Assembly (NCBI RefSeq): GCF_006345805.1
Contig: NC_043003.1
Coordinates: 57,226,001 to 57,290,000 of the forward strand
Direction of reading: 5' to 3'
Source: Octopus sinensis
Taxonomy: Eukaryota
Length of the DNA: 64,000 nucleotides
Positions 27,480-40,237 of this stretch are shown in pieces (position 1 is the first letter of the stretch; the number at the start of each line of letters is the position of its first letter). The position numbers and the translations under genes are program-made. A model generated the notes under the pieces. It did no database searches and was not told the DNA's origin. It was given only the letters and a program-made list of their open reading frames with translations.

Positions 27480-27830
27480 ATCTGCTGGAAGAGCGCGGGC
27501 AGTATCTCAACGGAAGCAGACAGTGTAAACGTTCCTAAAAAAACACATGATCCTGGTAACTTGTCGAATTCAAAGAGTAAAATTTTTGGCCGATGCCCCT
27601 ATGACAGCGAATTCATTTTGGAAACGTGATCTTGTACGTTTGCGGATTAGAGAACGAGAAAATGTTCGCAAACTGACCCATTTTGGACACAGCTAGAAAC
27701 ATTCAACAAGAGGTAACTCTTTCTTTCTCAGGATGAGATTTTTACGGTTTTCACCACCAAAATGACCAAGTCATCATTACCTCCATCAGTGAAGGGGCTA
27801 TGTGCTTCCGGCCAGCAGGTCTGATGAATC
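27480..27830 (+). mobile_element. Possible very degenerate DD37D/Tc1-like transposase fragment
   Basis: WKRDL, then QDEIFTV and HHQNDQV (cf. FSDEKIFTV...NHQNDRV) across frameshifts. Confidence 0.3.
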
Positions 27831-27910
27831 GCTTATATAGCTAAATTCAATAGTAGAGGTAAAACCAGTGGTAATTTTGTTAACTTTCTGACCGGTCATA
27901 TGCCAATTTA

Positions 27911-27950
<40 letters not shown>

Positions 27951-27982
27951 TCAAAAGAAGCAACAAGAATGACTCCGGTAAT

Positions 27983-28068
27983 TTGGTACGATCGTTTCGT
28001 ACTACATCATTTTATTAAATGTTGTAAGTACTACAACAGATTTAAGATGCTGAGTACTCATCAGCCAA
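27983..28068 (-). ncRNA. Type I minimal hammerhead ribozyme (Penelope type)
   Basis: Minus strand reads TTGG-CTGATGA-GTAC[long hairpin]GTAC-GAAA-C-GATC-GTA-CCAA. All core nucleotides and all three stems are present. Confidence 0.8.
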
Positions 28069-28159
28069 TTATAGAGGTTTTCCATTAATACAAAAATTTT
28101 CAAATCAAGTGGCAACATTATAGATTTGAAAATTTTTGTATTAATGGAAACCTCTATAA

Positions 28160-28245
28160 TTGGCTGATGAGTATTCAGCATCTTAAATCTGTTGTAATAC
28201 TTACAACATTTAATAAAATGATGTAGTACGAAACGATCGTACCAA
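28160..28245 (+). ncRNA. Type I minimal hammerhead ribozyme (Penelope type)
   Basis: TTGG 28160-63, CTGATGA 28164-70, stem II GTAT/GTAC, GAAA 28230-33, palindromic loop GATC 28235-38, GTA cleavage triplet 28239-41, CCAA 28242-45. Confidence 0.8.
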
Positions 28246-28375
28246 AGTACCGGAGTCATTCTTGTTGCTTATTTTGAATATAATCACCCCACGGATTTTT
28301 ATGGATAACACCATACAAAATTCTGGTGCATCTAAATTAAGTACCATATTCATTTGAATCTAAATTTTGCTGAAC

Positions 28376-28442
<67 letters not shown>

Positions 28443-28445
<3 letters not shown>

Positions 28446-29520
28446 TACTTACTTACTTAATTTCTTAGATAATTTAGATATGTTTCGACAAATCATTTGC
28501 CCAGGCCATGTCTGACTTAATAGCACCATTGGATAGGATTGGCTAAATATTTTTTATGTCAAGTTTTGTGTTATCATAGCCCATTCGAGTAGGGAGTTCT
28601 TGTTGAGTGAGTTGTATCCAGATAGAGGTAGATTATCTAGTATCACCTGAAGAAATTTGTCCTGGTTCCGTTTAAAGGTGATGGGATGCTTTTCTTCTCT
28701 GATTTGTTAAACAGGGTAGGGCTTGTTAAGGAAAAGAAACTGTGTAGCAGTATATTTATGTGTTGTGATCCTGGACTGGGAAGGGAACCTATGGCCCGTA
28801 ATCCTAGCCTTGGATGAATTCTGAAACTAATGTTGAGGTCGTTTGGACAATGCTGGTGGTATATTCTCCACGTCGTACAAAAGATATATCGCCCACGCCA
28901 GTGCTAGAGAGAATAGAGTTTCAATATTTTAAGGCGGTCCCACTAATCGAGATCAGTCATGCTCTTAATTATTGTTATAAATGCACTCTGGGGTGACTTA
29001 ATTTTAGAAATGTTTTGTTTTGTGTGACGAGATCACAGGGGGCAGCAGTATTCAAAGTGTGATCGTACAAAAGAGGAGAAAAGAGGAATATATGAGATCT
29101 TGTTCTCGGGGCCGGAATGTTCTAAAGATCCAGGAACTCATTCTAAGAGCTATATCAACCTTATTGTTGATGTGGAAACTCCAGTTGTGATTATTGTCAA
29201 CAGTTACTCCTAGGTCTCTTATATTATTAGATGCTGTGAGTGATTCTCCTGATGTTTTGATGTTTTATCATAGTCTTCTTTACAAAATGCATCGCTTCAA
29301 ATTTTCCTCAATTAGTCGCAATTTGTTTTGTCTCCCCATTGGCTTAGAGCGGGCAGATCAGACTGGAGTTCAGCTCGGTCTTCTCGATTGAGAATTTTTT
29401 GAGGCTTGGAATCATCGGCGAATATTTTCACTTTGCTGTTTTTATGACGCTTGAAATGTGTTTTTATATATATATCATAAACAGAAGCGGGACCAAGACA
29501 GTTCAATGATGGATGCTACT
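28443..29520 (-). mobile_element. CR1/L2-group LINE, RT plus 3' end, degenerate
   Basis: KVKIFADDSK (RT catalytic motif), IRDLGVTVDNN, FVRSHFEYCCP and DRLKILKLYSL. The 3' tail (TAAG)n abuts (TA)n. Confidence 0.85.
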
Positions 29521-29567
29521 GGTGACATTTGCACACACATTCAATGATTCCAAAGTTTGTTTGCATA

Positions 29568-29636
<69 letters not shown>

Positions 29637-30038
29637 GGCGCAGGAGTGGTTGTGTGGTAAGCAGCTTGCTTACCTGCCATATGGTTCCGAGTCCAGTTCC
29701 ACTGCGTGACACCTTGGGCAGGTGTCTTCTACGATAGCCTCGAACCGACCAAAGCCTTGTGAGTGGATTTGGTAGACGGAAACTGAAAGAAGCAAGTCAT
29801 ATATATGTATGTATGCGTGTGTTTGTGTTTATGTGTCTGTGTTTGTCCCCCCACCATCACTTCATAACAGATGTTGTTGTGTTGACGTCCCCGTAACTTA
29901 GCGGTTCGGCATAAGAGGCCGATAGGATAAGTAGTAGGCTTACCAAGAATAAGTCCTGGGCTCGATTTGTTCGACTAAAGGCGGTGCTCCAGCATGGCAG
30001 CAGTCAAATGTCTGAAACAAGTAAAAGAATAAAAGAAT
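29637..30038 (+). mobile_element. SINE family A, full length
   Basis: GGCGCAGGAGTGGTTGTGTGG (A box), GAGTCCAGTTCC (B-box-like), CACCTTGGGCAGGTGTCTTC (CORE-like), internal microsatellite, tail GTAAAAGAATAAAAGAAT. Confidence 0.92.
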
Positions 30039-30769
30039 ATATATATATATATATACACACACACATACACACTCACACATATATATGTATCTATATACGT
30101 GTGTGTATGTATATGTGCATGCGTTCGTGTGCGTGTGTGCGTGTGCATCTATACGCGCGTGTGCGCGTGCATATGTTATGATAACTGATGGAACGAGTTA
30201 TACAGTATCCCTGCTTCATTAGAATCAATTCGTGATCTCTAGGGTAATGTGGATGCTGAATAATGCATTGAATTGGATGTTGTTGCTATTTCTAATTAGG
30301 CAGATGGCATAAATTGCGTCACTAGAATAAAAGTCATCGTTTTCTTGTTTAGCCCTTGGCTAGCTTTCGTTTACCAAATCTATGATTAAGCATGTTCCAA
30401 CGGTGACCGGCCCTTTTTGTATATCTTCAACGTCGTTGACCAATGTGTTAATTCGATAGAATATGATTTACTTATAATTCTTCTGTTAGATCTTCAACAG
30501 CGTGAGACTCTGTAGAGAGACTCCTTCATTTCAACAAAATGTCTGACATATTGACATTCACCATAATTGTCACCGACCTCTAGCCTCCCTGTACTAAGAT
30601 CGAACTTTCAACTCTTGCGAGCATCTGTTAATTTTAGAAAGCATCATCGTTGAGTTGCTTTATATCAAGTCTGTTTTGTTATAATACATAAATATATGTC
30701 TGTGTGTGTCTCTGTGTGCGCGCGCGCGTGGGTGCGTGTGTGTCTTTGTTTGTGTGCGAGTGCGTGTCT

Positions 30770-30980
30770 TTCTGTCCCTGCTTGTCCCCTACCACCGCTG
30801 GACAACCGGTGTTTCTGTCTTTAAGTCCTCGTAATCTAGCGGTTCGGCAAAAGACCCGATAGAATAAGTGCTTGGATTAAAAACATCATCAGTCGTGCGA
30901 TCGATTTTTTGTCGACTAAAAACTCTTCAAGGCGGTGCCCCAGCATGGCCACAGTGAAATGACTGAAAGAACTAAGAGAA
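30770..30980 (+). mobile_element. SINE family A-like 3' half
   Basis: GCGGTTCGGCAAAAGACCCGATAGAATAAG...GGCGGTGCCCCAGCATGGCC. Confidence 0.8.
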
Positions 30981-31254
30981 GGAAAATATTAAAACTTATG
31001 GACAGGAAATTGATAAAGGAAAGAATCGCAGCAAACATGTTCCTTCCGAAAGGTGATTATTCGGGGAAGGAATAATTATCAACAAGATCCTTTCAGAAAA
31101 TAATTAGCTGAACAATACTGACAACTTATGAAGAAATGAACCTTTAACCGTCACAGCGCCCGTTTCAGGCTGACAACTGCTTAGATATGGCATTAAGCTC
31201 TTTTCGTCACCTAGTTTGTTAACAAGCTGCTTTATTTTTTTTCATTCTTTCTTT

Positions 31255-31452
31255 TCATTTTTTCAGTCATTTAACTGCGGCCGTGCTGAAGCAATCTGTT
31301 GAAGGGTTTTGTCGAATAAATCAACCCCGCACTCTTTTTAAAATTCGGGTACTTATTCTACCAGTCTCTTTTACCGAACGGATAAATTACTGGGACGTAA
31401 ACACTCCGGCATCGGCTTTCAAGCGGTGGAGGGCGCCAAACACAGTTCCAAA

Positions 31453-31503
<51 letters not shown>

Positions 31504-31695
31504 ATACACGCACACAAACATACACACACATATGCGACAGATTTCTTTGTTTCTCTCTGCCAAGTCCACTCACGAGCTTTGGTCGACCGGAGGCTATAGT
31601 GGTGGAAAACCAATGTGTCACGCGGTGGGACTGAACCCGGAACTATGTGGTTGGAAAGCAAGCTTCTTGCTACACAGTCACGCTTGCGCTTATGC
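31255..31695 (-). mobile_element. SINE family A-like, diverged
   Basis: CAGTCATTTAACTGCGGCC...GTGGGACTGAACCCGGAACTATGTGGTTGG. Confidence 0.8.
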
Positions 31696-32681
31696 GGTTT
31701 ATTCCTTTTATAATTGAGGCAAATATAGTCTAAATCTGAATGGAATCATGCGACTTAATTGATTTTTCTTCTTGTACCTGTAATTAAATGGGTTCTCATA
31801 AAATATATTAGGAAGCCAATCAATTTTCACAGCAGATTACGATTAGCATGAGAAAAATTGAAACTGCAACCTTCTGTTTTCTCACAAGTTGCTTTATCAG
31901 AACTCATTTAGTACAAGTGTGAGCTGCCATAGTTTCTCTTTTAATTTCCTCTCGAGATTTCCGTTTATTTATCGATGCCAATAACCTTTAGTATTATCAA
32001 CACGTCTCCGCCATATTAACTTACATTAGGGAAGCCTCGTTATGAAAATTATATAAATAAAAGTTGGCAAAACGAAGTCATAAAAGCGAGTCAATACACA
32101 CAACATACATCTGCATATTTAGCTGCCAACAGAGAATTCAAAGCAGACTTTAATAATGTATTTTTTATGAGATTTTTTTCCCCTCTTTTTCATATTTTTT
32201 TCTTCCTTTGATCACTATTATTTTTTTTCTTTCTCATTTTCCTCCTTTATTATTATTTTTTTTTTTTCTTTTTCAATGGTGAAAAAGAACAATATTTTCA
32301 CTTCTAGCAATGTCTTTAGCTCCGATGATTGGCATATTTCTGAAAATAACACATAATTATCCGAGTGTTTGTTATGTTACCATATTTCTAATCAGTTAGA
32401 CGAATCAAATGATGCTCAGAGGAAATTCTCAAATGCAACAAATAAAATTAACATTTATTTCCCGATATTTTCTTTCCTTTTTAGCTTGTGTTCTCTTCTT
32501 TTTACTTTGTGCTGCTTTTGTATTTATTTTGTTTTCTTTATTCTTTTGTTTCTTTGTGTTTTTTTAATGTCTATTTTTCTCCTTTTTTTCAGAATAAAAA
32601 AACAGGTTATTTAAAATATCGATTCAAAACATTATGTCAAGAAGTGTGTAAGTACATAGATACATACATACATACATACAT

Positions 32682-32769
<88 letters not shown>

Positions 32770-33069
32770 ATGTATGTATGCATGTATGTATCTATGTACT
32801 TACATATATAAAGATATATATATGCATATACACACACACATATATATATGTGTATATATATATATATATATATAATATATATATATTTATGCACATATAT
32901 GGATACACATGTGCGTATACGTTAATATATATATATATATGCTATATATATTCATATATATAATAGATATATAGATATATATACATACATATACACTATG
33001 TACGTTATATATATATATTATATATATATATATTTATATATATATATATGTATATATATGTATATGTAT

Positions 33070-33144
<75 letters not shown>

Positions 33145-34439
33145 ATACATATGCATATGTGTGTGTCTTTGCACACGTGTATTTGTGTGTATTTAATGAC
33201 ATCTCATTTTCCTAATATTATTATTCTTATTATTAGTTTCATTTTTCTAATGCGTGCAATGTTAATAAATTGTTTTCTTTTATATTATATTAAAAAAAAA
33301 AACACACACACACTTTTTTTTATTATTTGAGGTCATCGAAATACTATAGTTTTTGACGATGTTAAGAAGCGTTTTAACATAATTATACAAAGTGTTTCAA
33401 AATTTAGCAGACGTTATGGCTATTGTTAAAATAGTGTAGTGAACTAGTGACAATCTTCTATGGAAAATATAGACCTTCATAACGAGTTTGTAATGAGGTT
33501 ACTACTGTCATGCCTCTCTTTATAATCACAGGCTTTATTGTTTAACGCTGTTATTATATCATCCATTGCCTCTTTAGAACTTTCTATTGAATATTCATTA
33601 TATGTATGCATACATATATGTATAGATTTTATACTCGTATACGTCTTTCTGTATGTGTGTGTCAGTTTGTGCGTCTGTGTATGTGCTCTTATGAGCTGAT
33701 ACGTGTATGTGTCTGTTTGTGTATGTGCATTTACCTGTCTATGTATGTGTCTGTATATCTGTGTGTATAGGAGTGTTTATGAGTGCCTTTTTGTCGTATT
33801 TGCGTTTTATATGATTGCGTAATTCTACTCATAAACTGTTTCTTTCTGAATATGGATCATAAACGGTTCACAGAGTAAGAAAGAAAAATCGAAAAATAAT
33901 GAATTTTATTACGGTTGGCATATTATTTCCAAGGAACCAGTGAAGGAGTCTCTACAAGGTTGATTCACATTCTATATAAAGCAGCCAAACCGACATCCAA
34001 ATTAAATTCTTACTACCTTTAAATGGAAAAAGGAGTGCACTATTAATTTTTTTAAATTTTAGACACGCTCTGTCTGAAAATAATGTGTTGGTCCAATTAG
34101 GTGTGTCTTTCACCTTAGGAATAATCAGGTTTAAACAATAATAATAACAATTTGGGGGAGAAGATCTTGATACATATGTTGGGTTGCCATCCTAAAAGTG
34201 GAAAGCTTCCGATGATAATGCTTCTGGCTTCTATGTGGTTGCTCAACATTTTATAAAAGCCACTCACTCTCTTCACACACACACACACACTCACACACAC
34301 ACTCATACACACAAACACACACCACACACACACACACATGCTCTCTCGCTCTTTCTCTCTTTCTCACTCACACACACACACACTCAGAAATACACACACA
34401 CAGTATTGATTGGGTATAGCGATACGAATAATTAGTTGT

Positions 34440-34775
34440 TCGTGGAGATACCCAAATGTAAGCGGAAATATTCTCTGTGGGACAAGCCCGTTGTAGTTCA
34501 GGCTACGCCGCTAGAAGCCATTTGATGCGACCCTCAGGCATCAGTCTGCCGAGCTGCGTCGTCCTGTGAAATCGTACTGTCACGTGGTGCAACTTTGTCT
34601 TGCAGTGCTTCTCTCCTGTTCGTCGATTGTAGCGATAACTGAAACGAAGAAACAGCGTGCTTCCGTGAAATTCTGTTTTCTACCGGGGAAAACGGCGGCC
34701 GAAATAGTTGTCATACTTCAAACAGATTACAAGGACACTGTCATGAGCAAAACACAAGCTTACGAGTGGTTCTCT
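34440..34775 (+). mobile_element. Mariner 5' fragment (leader plus N-terminal HTH)
   Basis: TETKKQRASVKFCFLPGKTAAEIVVILQTDYKDTVMSKTQAYEWFS matches the mariner N-terminal HTH. Confidence 0.85.
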
Positions 34776-36089
34776 CCCTCCCCCTCTATCTATCTATCTA
34801 TCTAGCTAGCTAGCTAGCTATCTGTATATCTATCCATCTTGTGCTTATTTGCCGCCTGTACTTATACGTTAAGTAAACCTGTTAGAAATAGTAGTAGCTA
34901 CGTCTTGACCAAATTACAACTACAATCTCAGCAAACGACACTTTTGGTGTTATAGTACTTAAGTAATTGCAGAAACACCACATTAATAAATATATGGGAT
35001 AGTCGTAACTGAATAGTTTCTTATGTGTGTTTATAAGCATGTTAGTATAAAATAGAAATAAATTAGCTCATAACTAGCCGTATATAAAATACAATACAAC
35101 TATTTACATCAGTACATATGTGTGTATGCGTGTGCGTTCGACTTGCATGTATGAACACACACATACACACACATACGCATTCACATATATTCTTGTATAT
35201 ATGGAGCATAATAAGTATACAAATACATACGATTATATACACCTCTCTCCCCCCACACACACACTCTCTCACTCTCTCGCTCTCTCTCCCTCTCGCTCTT
35301 TCTCTCTGTACATATATACATATATATATATTTGTAAAGCAGCTTCTTCAAAATGTTATGTTGAAAACACAACTATGTTTAGATTATTTTTTTTTTTGCT
35401 TTTTTGTATTTCCTTAATTATTCTTATACATTTACTCCAGTAAATACAGAATTTCGGTTCATCACCAGTTCAAGAAGTTCATATTCTTATCTATTAAATG
35501 AGATGTCTGATATGCGAAGTTGGTTTATTACTGCGCTTTAATAGTGAGAAACAAAACATCAAGGTACTGATATGGCTGAATGTGTGATTATCGTGATATG
35601 TAATGTATATTTCCGCTTACTTCAATCGGTAAAAGTTATTAATATAATAAACACCCAAGTAAGAAATCCTCCCAATAAACCAAGAATGAACCTAAAAATC
35701 TTCTGCTAGACTATATTATGAAAGAACGAGATACGCTTTCCGTGTTCGCTTGGCAGTTCTATATAAATCCAATGGTGTTAATCTTTTATTGTGCAAATGA
35801 TATTGATGTTTTCATTCTAAACGTACCAGTAGTTGGCTCTTGTTTTTTTTCTTTCTTTTTGCAGTAACTGTCTAACATCTTATTGCTGTCAACAGTCGTG
35901 CCTACCTACGTCATCACTTTTTGGACCAATCAATTGATTTGACAGTTGATTTGACAGCGCGGAAACATTAGCTTCATTATATCACCTTCCCAAACGAACA
36001 AGCAATGCATCAGGTTACTGAACAGGCGTGAGTATGGATTTCGCTTTCTAACTGAAAATTAGACCGATAGCTTTTTGCTGTTTAAAGGG

Positions 36090-36590
36090 TTGTCGTACAG
36101 GAGCATAACAAGTGGAGATATTAGAACAATTTTGTGGGCAGGAAACCTTCTTCGTAGAGGCAGAGACAATGACAAAATCCCGAGCTCAACAACAGTATGT
36201 TGTGTAGCGGCCGACACAGTGAAAGAACCAATAGTCAGCATCATTCATTCAGCTATGGCAGTGTTTGTTACAAACGATAACACAGGAATTTACAGCCGAT
36301 CTTCTCTGATGTGATAAATTCAGATAGATATTGTAAAGGCTACTCGGATATTGCCAATGAGAAGACGAACATTTTTACAATTATATAGATTTGCACATAG
36401 GCACTATTTACGCACAAAAAGCTATATCACTTGCAACTACTGAAGATGCAAGCATCTAATTCTACAGCCGCTGCAGCATCTGAGGGTTTTGAAACTCACC
36501 ATTCCATAGGGTATATGCACAGGACTGGGTACAGATTCAGTTGTATGAAAGTACAGATATTTGGCTGATTTAATTGCTGATAACATGCAC
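36090..36590 (+). mobile_element. Possible ancient RTE-clade APE endonuclease remnant
   Basis: IRTILWAGNL (cf. WNVRTLYQAGKL), FTII*ICT...ATTEDASI*FY (cf. TIIQVYAPT..DEEIE.FY) and QDW (cf. GDWNAKVG), in the correct order with many stops. Confidence 0.35.
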
Positions 36591-36756
36591 ATCATACGTA
36601 TTCAGTTGCATTTAGATATTATGTAGATTTATGTTTCCCACGAGTGCGTGCAAGTGTGTGAGTATGTTTATGTGTGTACACGTCTGTAGGTGGATGACTC
36701 AGCAAACAGTGAATCCCACCAGTTGTTATATATGTATATGTATATATATTCAAAGT

Positions 36757-36939
36757 GTGACCGCGTGTGTACCGTTGGCGATTTTTTTTCCTCCGTCTTC
36801 CCTTCTTTGGATCTTTCCATTTCCTATGTTTCTGACGAAGAGCTCCACTCGAAACGTTAAACCCTCCTTCTTTCCTTCTTTCCTGAGCGTCCAATAATAC
36901 TATACTTGTTCCACGTCCTCGCGTTGTTGTGTTTTATCT
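36757..36939 (+). mobile_element. Short non-coding Penelope-type repeat
   Basis: Homologous to 10258-10458. A short terminal remnant also occurs near 52765-52797. Confidence 0.7.
36828..36862 (+). ncRNA. Minimal type I hammerhead ribozyme motif
   Basis: GTTT-CTGACGA-A-GAG CTCCA CTC-GAAA-CG-TT-AAAC: 4-bp stem I, 3-bp stem II, palindromic ACGT stem III, GUU triplet. Confidence 0.65.
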
Positions 36940-36968
36940 TTGAAAGGAACCATTCCTATATATATATA

Positions 36969-37040
<72 letters not shown>

Positions 37041-37115
37041 CAATCTGTTCACCTGAATATTTTAAAGCAGTAATAGATGATTATATAGATAGAAAGATGA
37101 TCTATTTATCTATCT

Positions 37116-37236
<121 letters not shown>

Positions 37237-37359
37237 CAGAGACGGACAATCAAACAAACAAGCAGGCCGATAGACGAACGGATAAATACAAACACAGTCA
37301 CACAGACAGATAAATAGAAGTTGCAGACACACAGCTGGCCATAGAGTTTGATAGATAAG

Positions 37360-38063
37360 TTTCTTTATTGGCCACACAGGGCTGCACACAGATGGGACAA
37401 GTTACAAGGTAGAGCTTTTCTTTTGGGGGATGAAAAAAAAAAAGGTTGCCGTAGGTTTTTGATCAAGAGGGATCGTAAAAGGGAAGAAAAGAACAAAAAA
37501 AAATTAAATAAAAAATAAAAAGAATAAAAAGAAAAAAAAGAAAAGGAAAAGGAACAAAAGAAAAGAGAAATGAAAAAGAAGAAAAAACGGGAAAAACGGG
37601 GAAAGAGGAAAAAAAGAACGACATCATAGGGATCGTGTATCACAGTGTTATGATATATGGTGTAAAGGGAAAGCAAGTAAGGTTTATCCGTGGGAAGAAA
37701 AGCCTACCAAAAAGACCACGGTAACCTTGGTCAATATTGTTATTGTTACCACACTTGTTTGCAAGTGGGTGACCCTCTGTTTTCAATTTCTGGGTTCATA
37801 GGATTATGCTCAAGGTGGCTTCGTCATTCATACGTGCCATCCTTGCTACATTCACCATCTTTTTTAAAACATTCGCTAGACAAAACTTGCCTCTCTACTC
37901 TCACTTTCTTTTCAAAGTGGTACTTGAAGAAGTTGATGAGAGATTGACCAAGAGGAAAGTGTTTGTCTCCAATCCTTTCAGACGCGTCCACCAGATATAT
38001 TCTTTCGCCATAGCCACAAGGATGATGAAAATAGCTCTTCCTTCCCGTTTGAAGGAAGGAGGC
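37360..38063 (-). mobile_element. L1/Tx1-clade LINE 3' end (ORF2 C-terminus plus 3' UTR), cut by the gap
   Basis: AIFIILVAMAKEYIWWTRLKGLETNTF...LINFFKYH...RVERQVLSSECFKK; stop at 37796-37798, U-rich 3' UTR, AATAAA at 37364-37369. Clade assignment is from recalled Tx1 C-termini. Confidence 0.65.
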
Positions 38064-38163
38064 NNNNNNNNNNNNNNNNNNNNNNNNNNNNNNNNNNNNN
38101 NNNNNNNNNNNNNNNNNNNNNNNNNNNNNNNNNNNNNNNNNNNNNNNNNNNNNNNNNNNNNNN
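38064..38163. other. Assembly gap (100 N)
   Basis: Run of exactly 100 N, typical of a gap of unknown size. Confidence 1.
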
Positions 38164-38805
38164 TAACTGCTCCGTATTGAGATTATATATATGTGAGTGT
38201 CTGCGCGCGTGTGTGTGTGTGTCGTGTTTGTGTGTGTGTGTGTGTGTGTGGCGTGTTTGTGTACTCAACGGGTTTCCGCATAGTTTTCATCTACTAAAAC
38301 CCGCTCAGAAGACTATAGTAGAATACACAGTGTGTCACATATTGGGACTGAGCCTAAAACCTTGTACAATCAAACCTACGCCAATGTTGAAAATAAACGA
38401 ATTACTTAGGAGTACCAGTGACATGTATTTGAACAACATAAATTAATAGAGGTGTATTAAATACCATATAACATAGTCTTGATTTATTAAAATCATCTAG
38501 CCCACTAGAGGATGTGTCATTATTTATAATTGCCAAATGGTAATTAACAGCTTGTCAACTTGGAGAAATTTTGATTCATGAGGTTATCTCACAATCTCAT
38601 ATGGTACTCGCATTAATTGGCATTTGGTAATTACGACACATTCTCTAGGGGCAGAAATAATTTTAATAACTCAAGAATGTATGTTGTATGGAATTTCATA
38701 GGCCTGTATTTCTCTCCTTAACTTCACTGTCTCTCTTTCCTCTGCATATATGTCTCTGTGTGTACATATATATATATATGTGTGTGTGTGTGTGAGTGTG
38801 AGTGT

Positions 38806-38846
<41 letters not shown>

Positions 38847-38897
38847 ATATATGTATGTGTGTATGTATATATGTATACATACACACACATATACATC

Positions 38898-39150
38898 AAT
38901 ATTTAGCAGAAGTAACAGAGTGACCCAGGCTCCCAGAGTTTCGTCAGACCTTGAATAACTCTGTTACTTCTGATGAATATTAATAAAACTACTTATATTT
39001 ATATTTCGGGTTTTATTTTTCCTGTTCGCATCATAGCACTCGAAATATGAGAATATGTATATTTTTATTAGTATTTTGCAGAAGTAACAGTTTGTCAAGG
39101 CCTGATGAAATTCGCGGAACCTGAGTTACTTTTTACATTTGCTAAATATT
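38898..39150. mobile_element. MITE-like element with about 90-bp imperfect TIRs
   Basis: AATATTTAGCA at the left end and TGCTAAATATT at the right. The arms align over about 90 bp. Confidence 0.75.
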
Positions 39151-39197
39151 ATATATGTATATATGATATGTATAAGATATACTATATATATACATAC

Positions 39198-39252
<55 letters not shown>

Positions 39253-39352
39253 TTAGAAGAAATGAGGTAATCAGAAGATCGGATGTTTTATATTTACAGA
39301 TATTTATTTATATATTACATTTTTATATATATACATCACTTAGATCACTTAT

Positions 39353-39384
<32 letters not shown>

Positions 39385-39466
39385 TATATATACATATATA
39401 TATATAATATAAATATATATCTATATATACATATATATATATGTACATACATATATGTGTGTGTGT

Positions 39467-39501
<35 letters not shown>

Positions 39502-39885
39502 ATCTACAATACAATTTTTCGAGGACCAGATAAACAGCTGACATCTGATGAAGGGTCCGTATTTATGTTATTTGCACCGTGGATGATGTCTTGTACCCAA
39601 GGTGCTCTGCAATGAGAGTGAATCCCAAATCCACATAGTAGCGAAGTACGAACATCCTCACCATACAACTACGTTCTCGCCTCTTTGTTTGTGTGTGTGT
39701 ATGTAAATATACACACACACACACACCACACACACACATATATACATATATATACATATATATACATATATACATGTATGTATATATGTATGTATGCATG
39801 TATGTATATATATACGTATATACACACTCACATACAAGACATACACACACATACTTAAATATACATGCATATAGATATGCATTTG

Positions 39886-39917
<32 letters not shown>

Positions 39918-40237
39918 TATATATAGATTACATATACATATACATATATATACAAAGACATACAATGAGTTTGTGCGGATTTGGTCTCGATGTTGATGAG
40001 TCATATCCTAAACAATATTTTAAAACATTATTCTTTACCTATTTCTATTTTCATTCCCCCATTCACATTCTCTTTCATATCACAGCTTTTCACCCCAACT
40101 TTCCACAGCTATCCTTTCAATTTGCTGCGCACCGACATCCTCCTATACCTTACACATCGTATTTATTATTGACCTATATCTACATATCCAGTGGCTTTAT
40201 TGCTTTTTTCCTTTTGATTTTTTCAGCATAGACTCTG

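Larger units (their letters stand above)
27946..28282. mobile_element. Non-coding foldback element (about 160-bp arms, 16-nt spacer) carrying two hammerhead motifs
   Basis: 27946-28106 is the reverse complement of 28123-28282, with a few substitutions. Confidence 0.9.

Noticed and set aside
36694-36704. Perfect ATGACTCAGCA (CNC-sMaf/ARE) motif
   Set aside because: A single 11-mer in 64 kb, found after looking for many motifs, is not evidence of function.
39540-39575. CTGATGAAGGG, a hammerhead 5' half
   Set aside because: No matching GAAA or stem II downstream.
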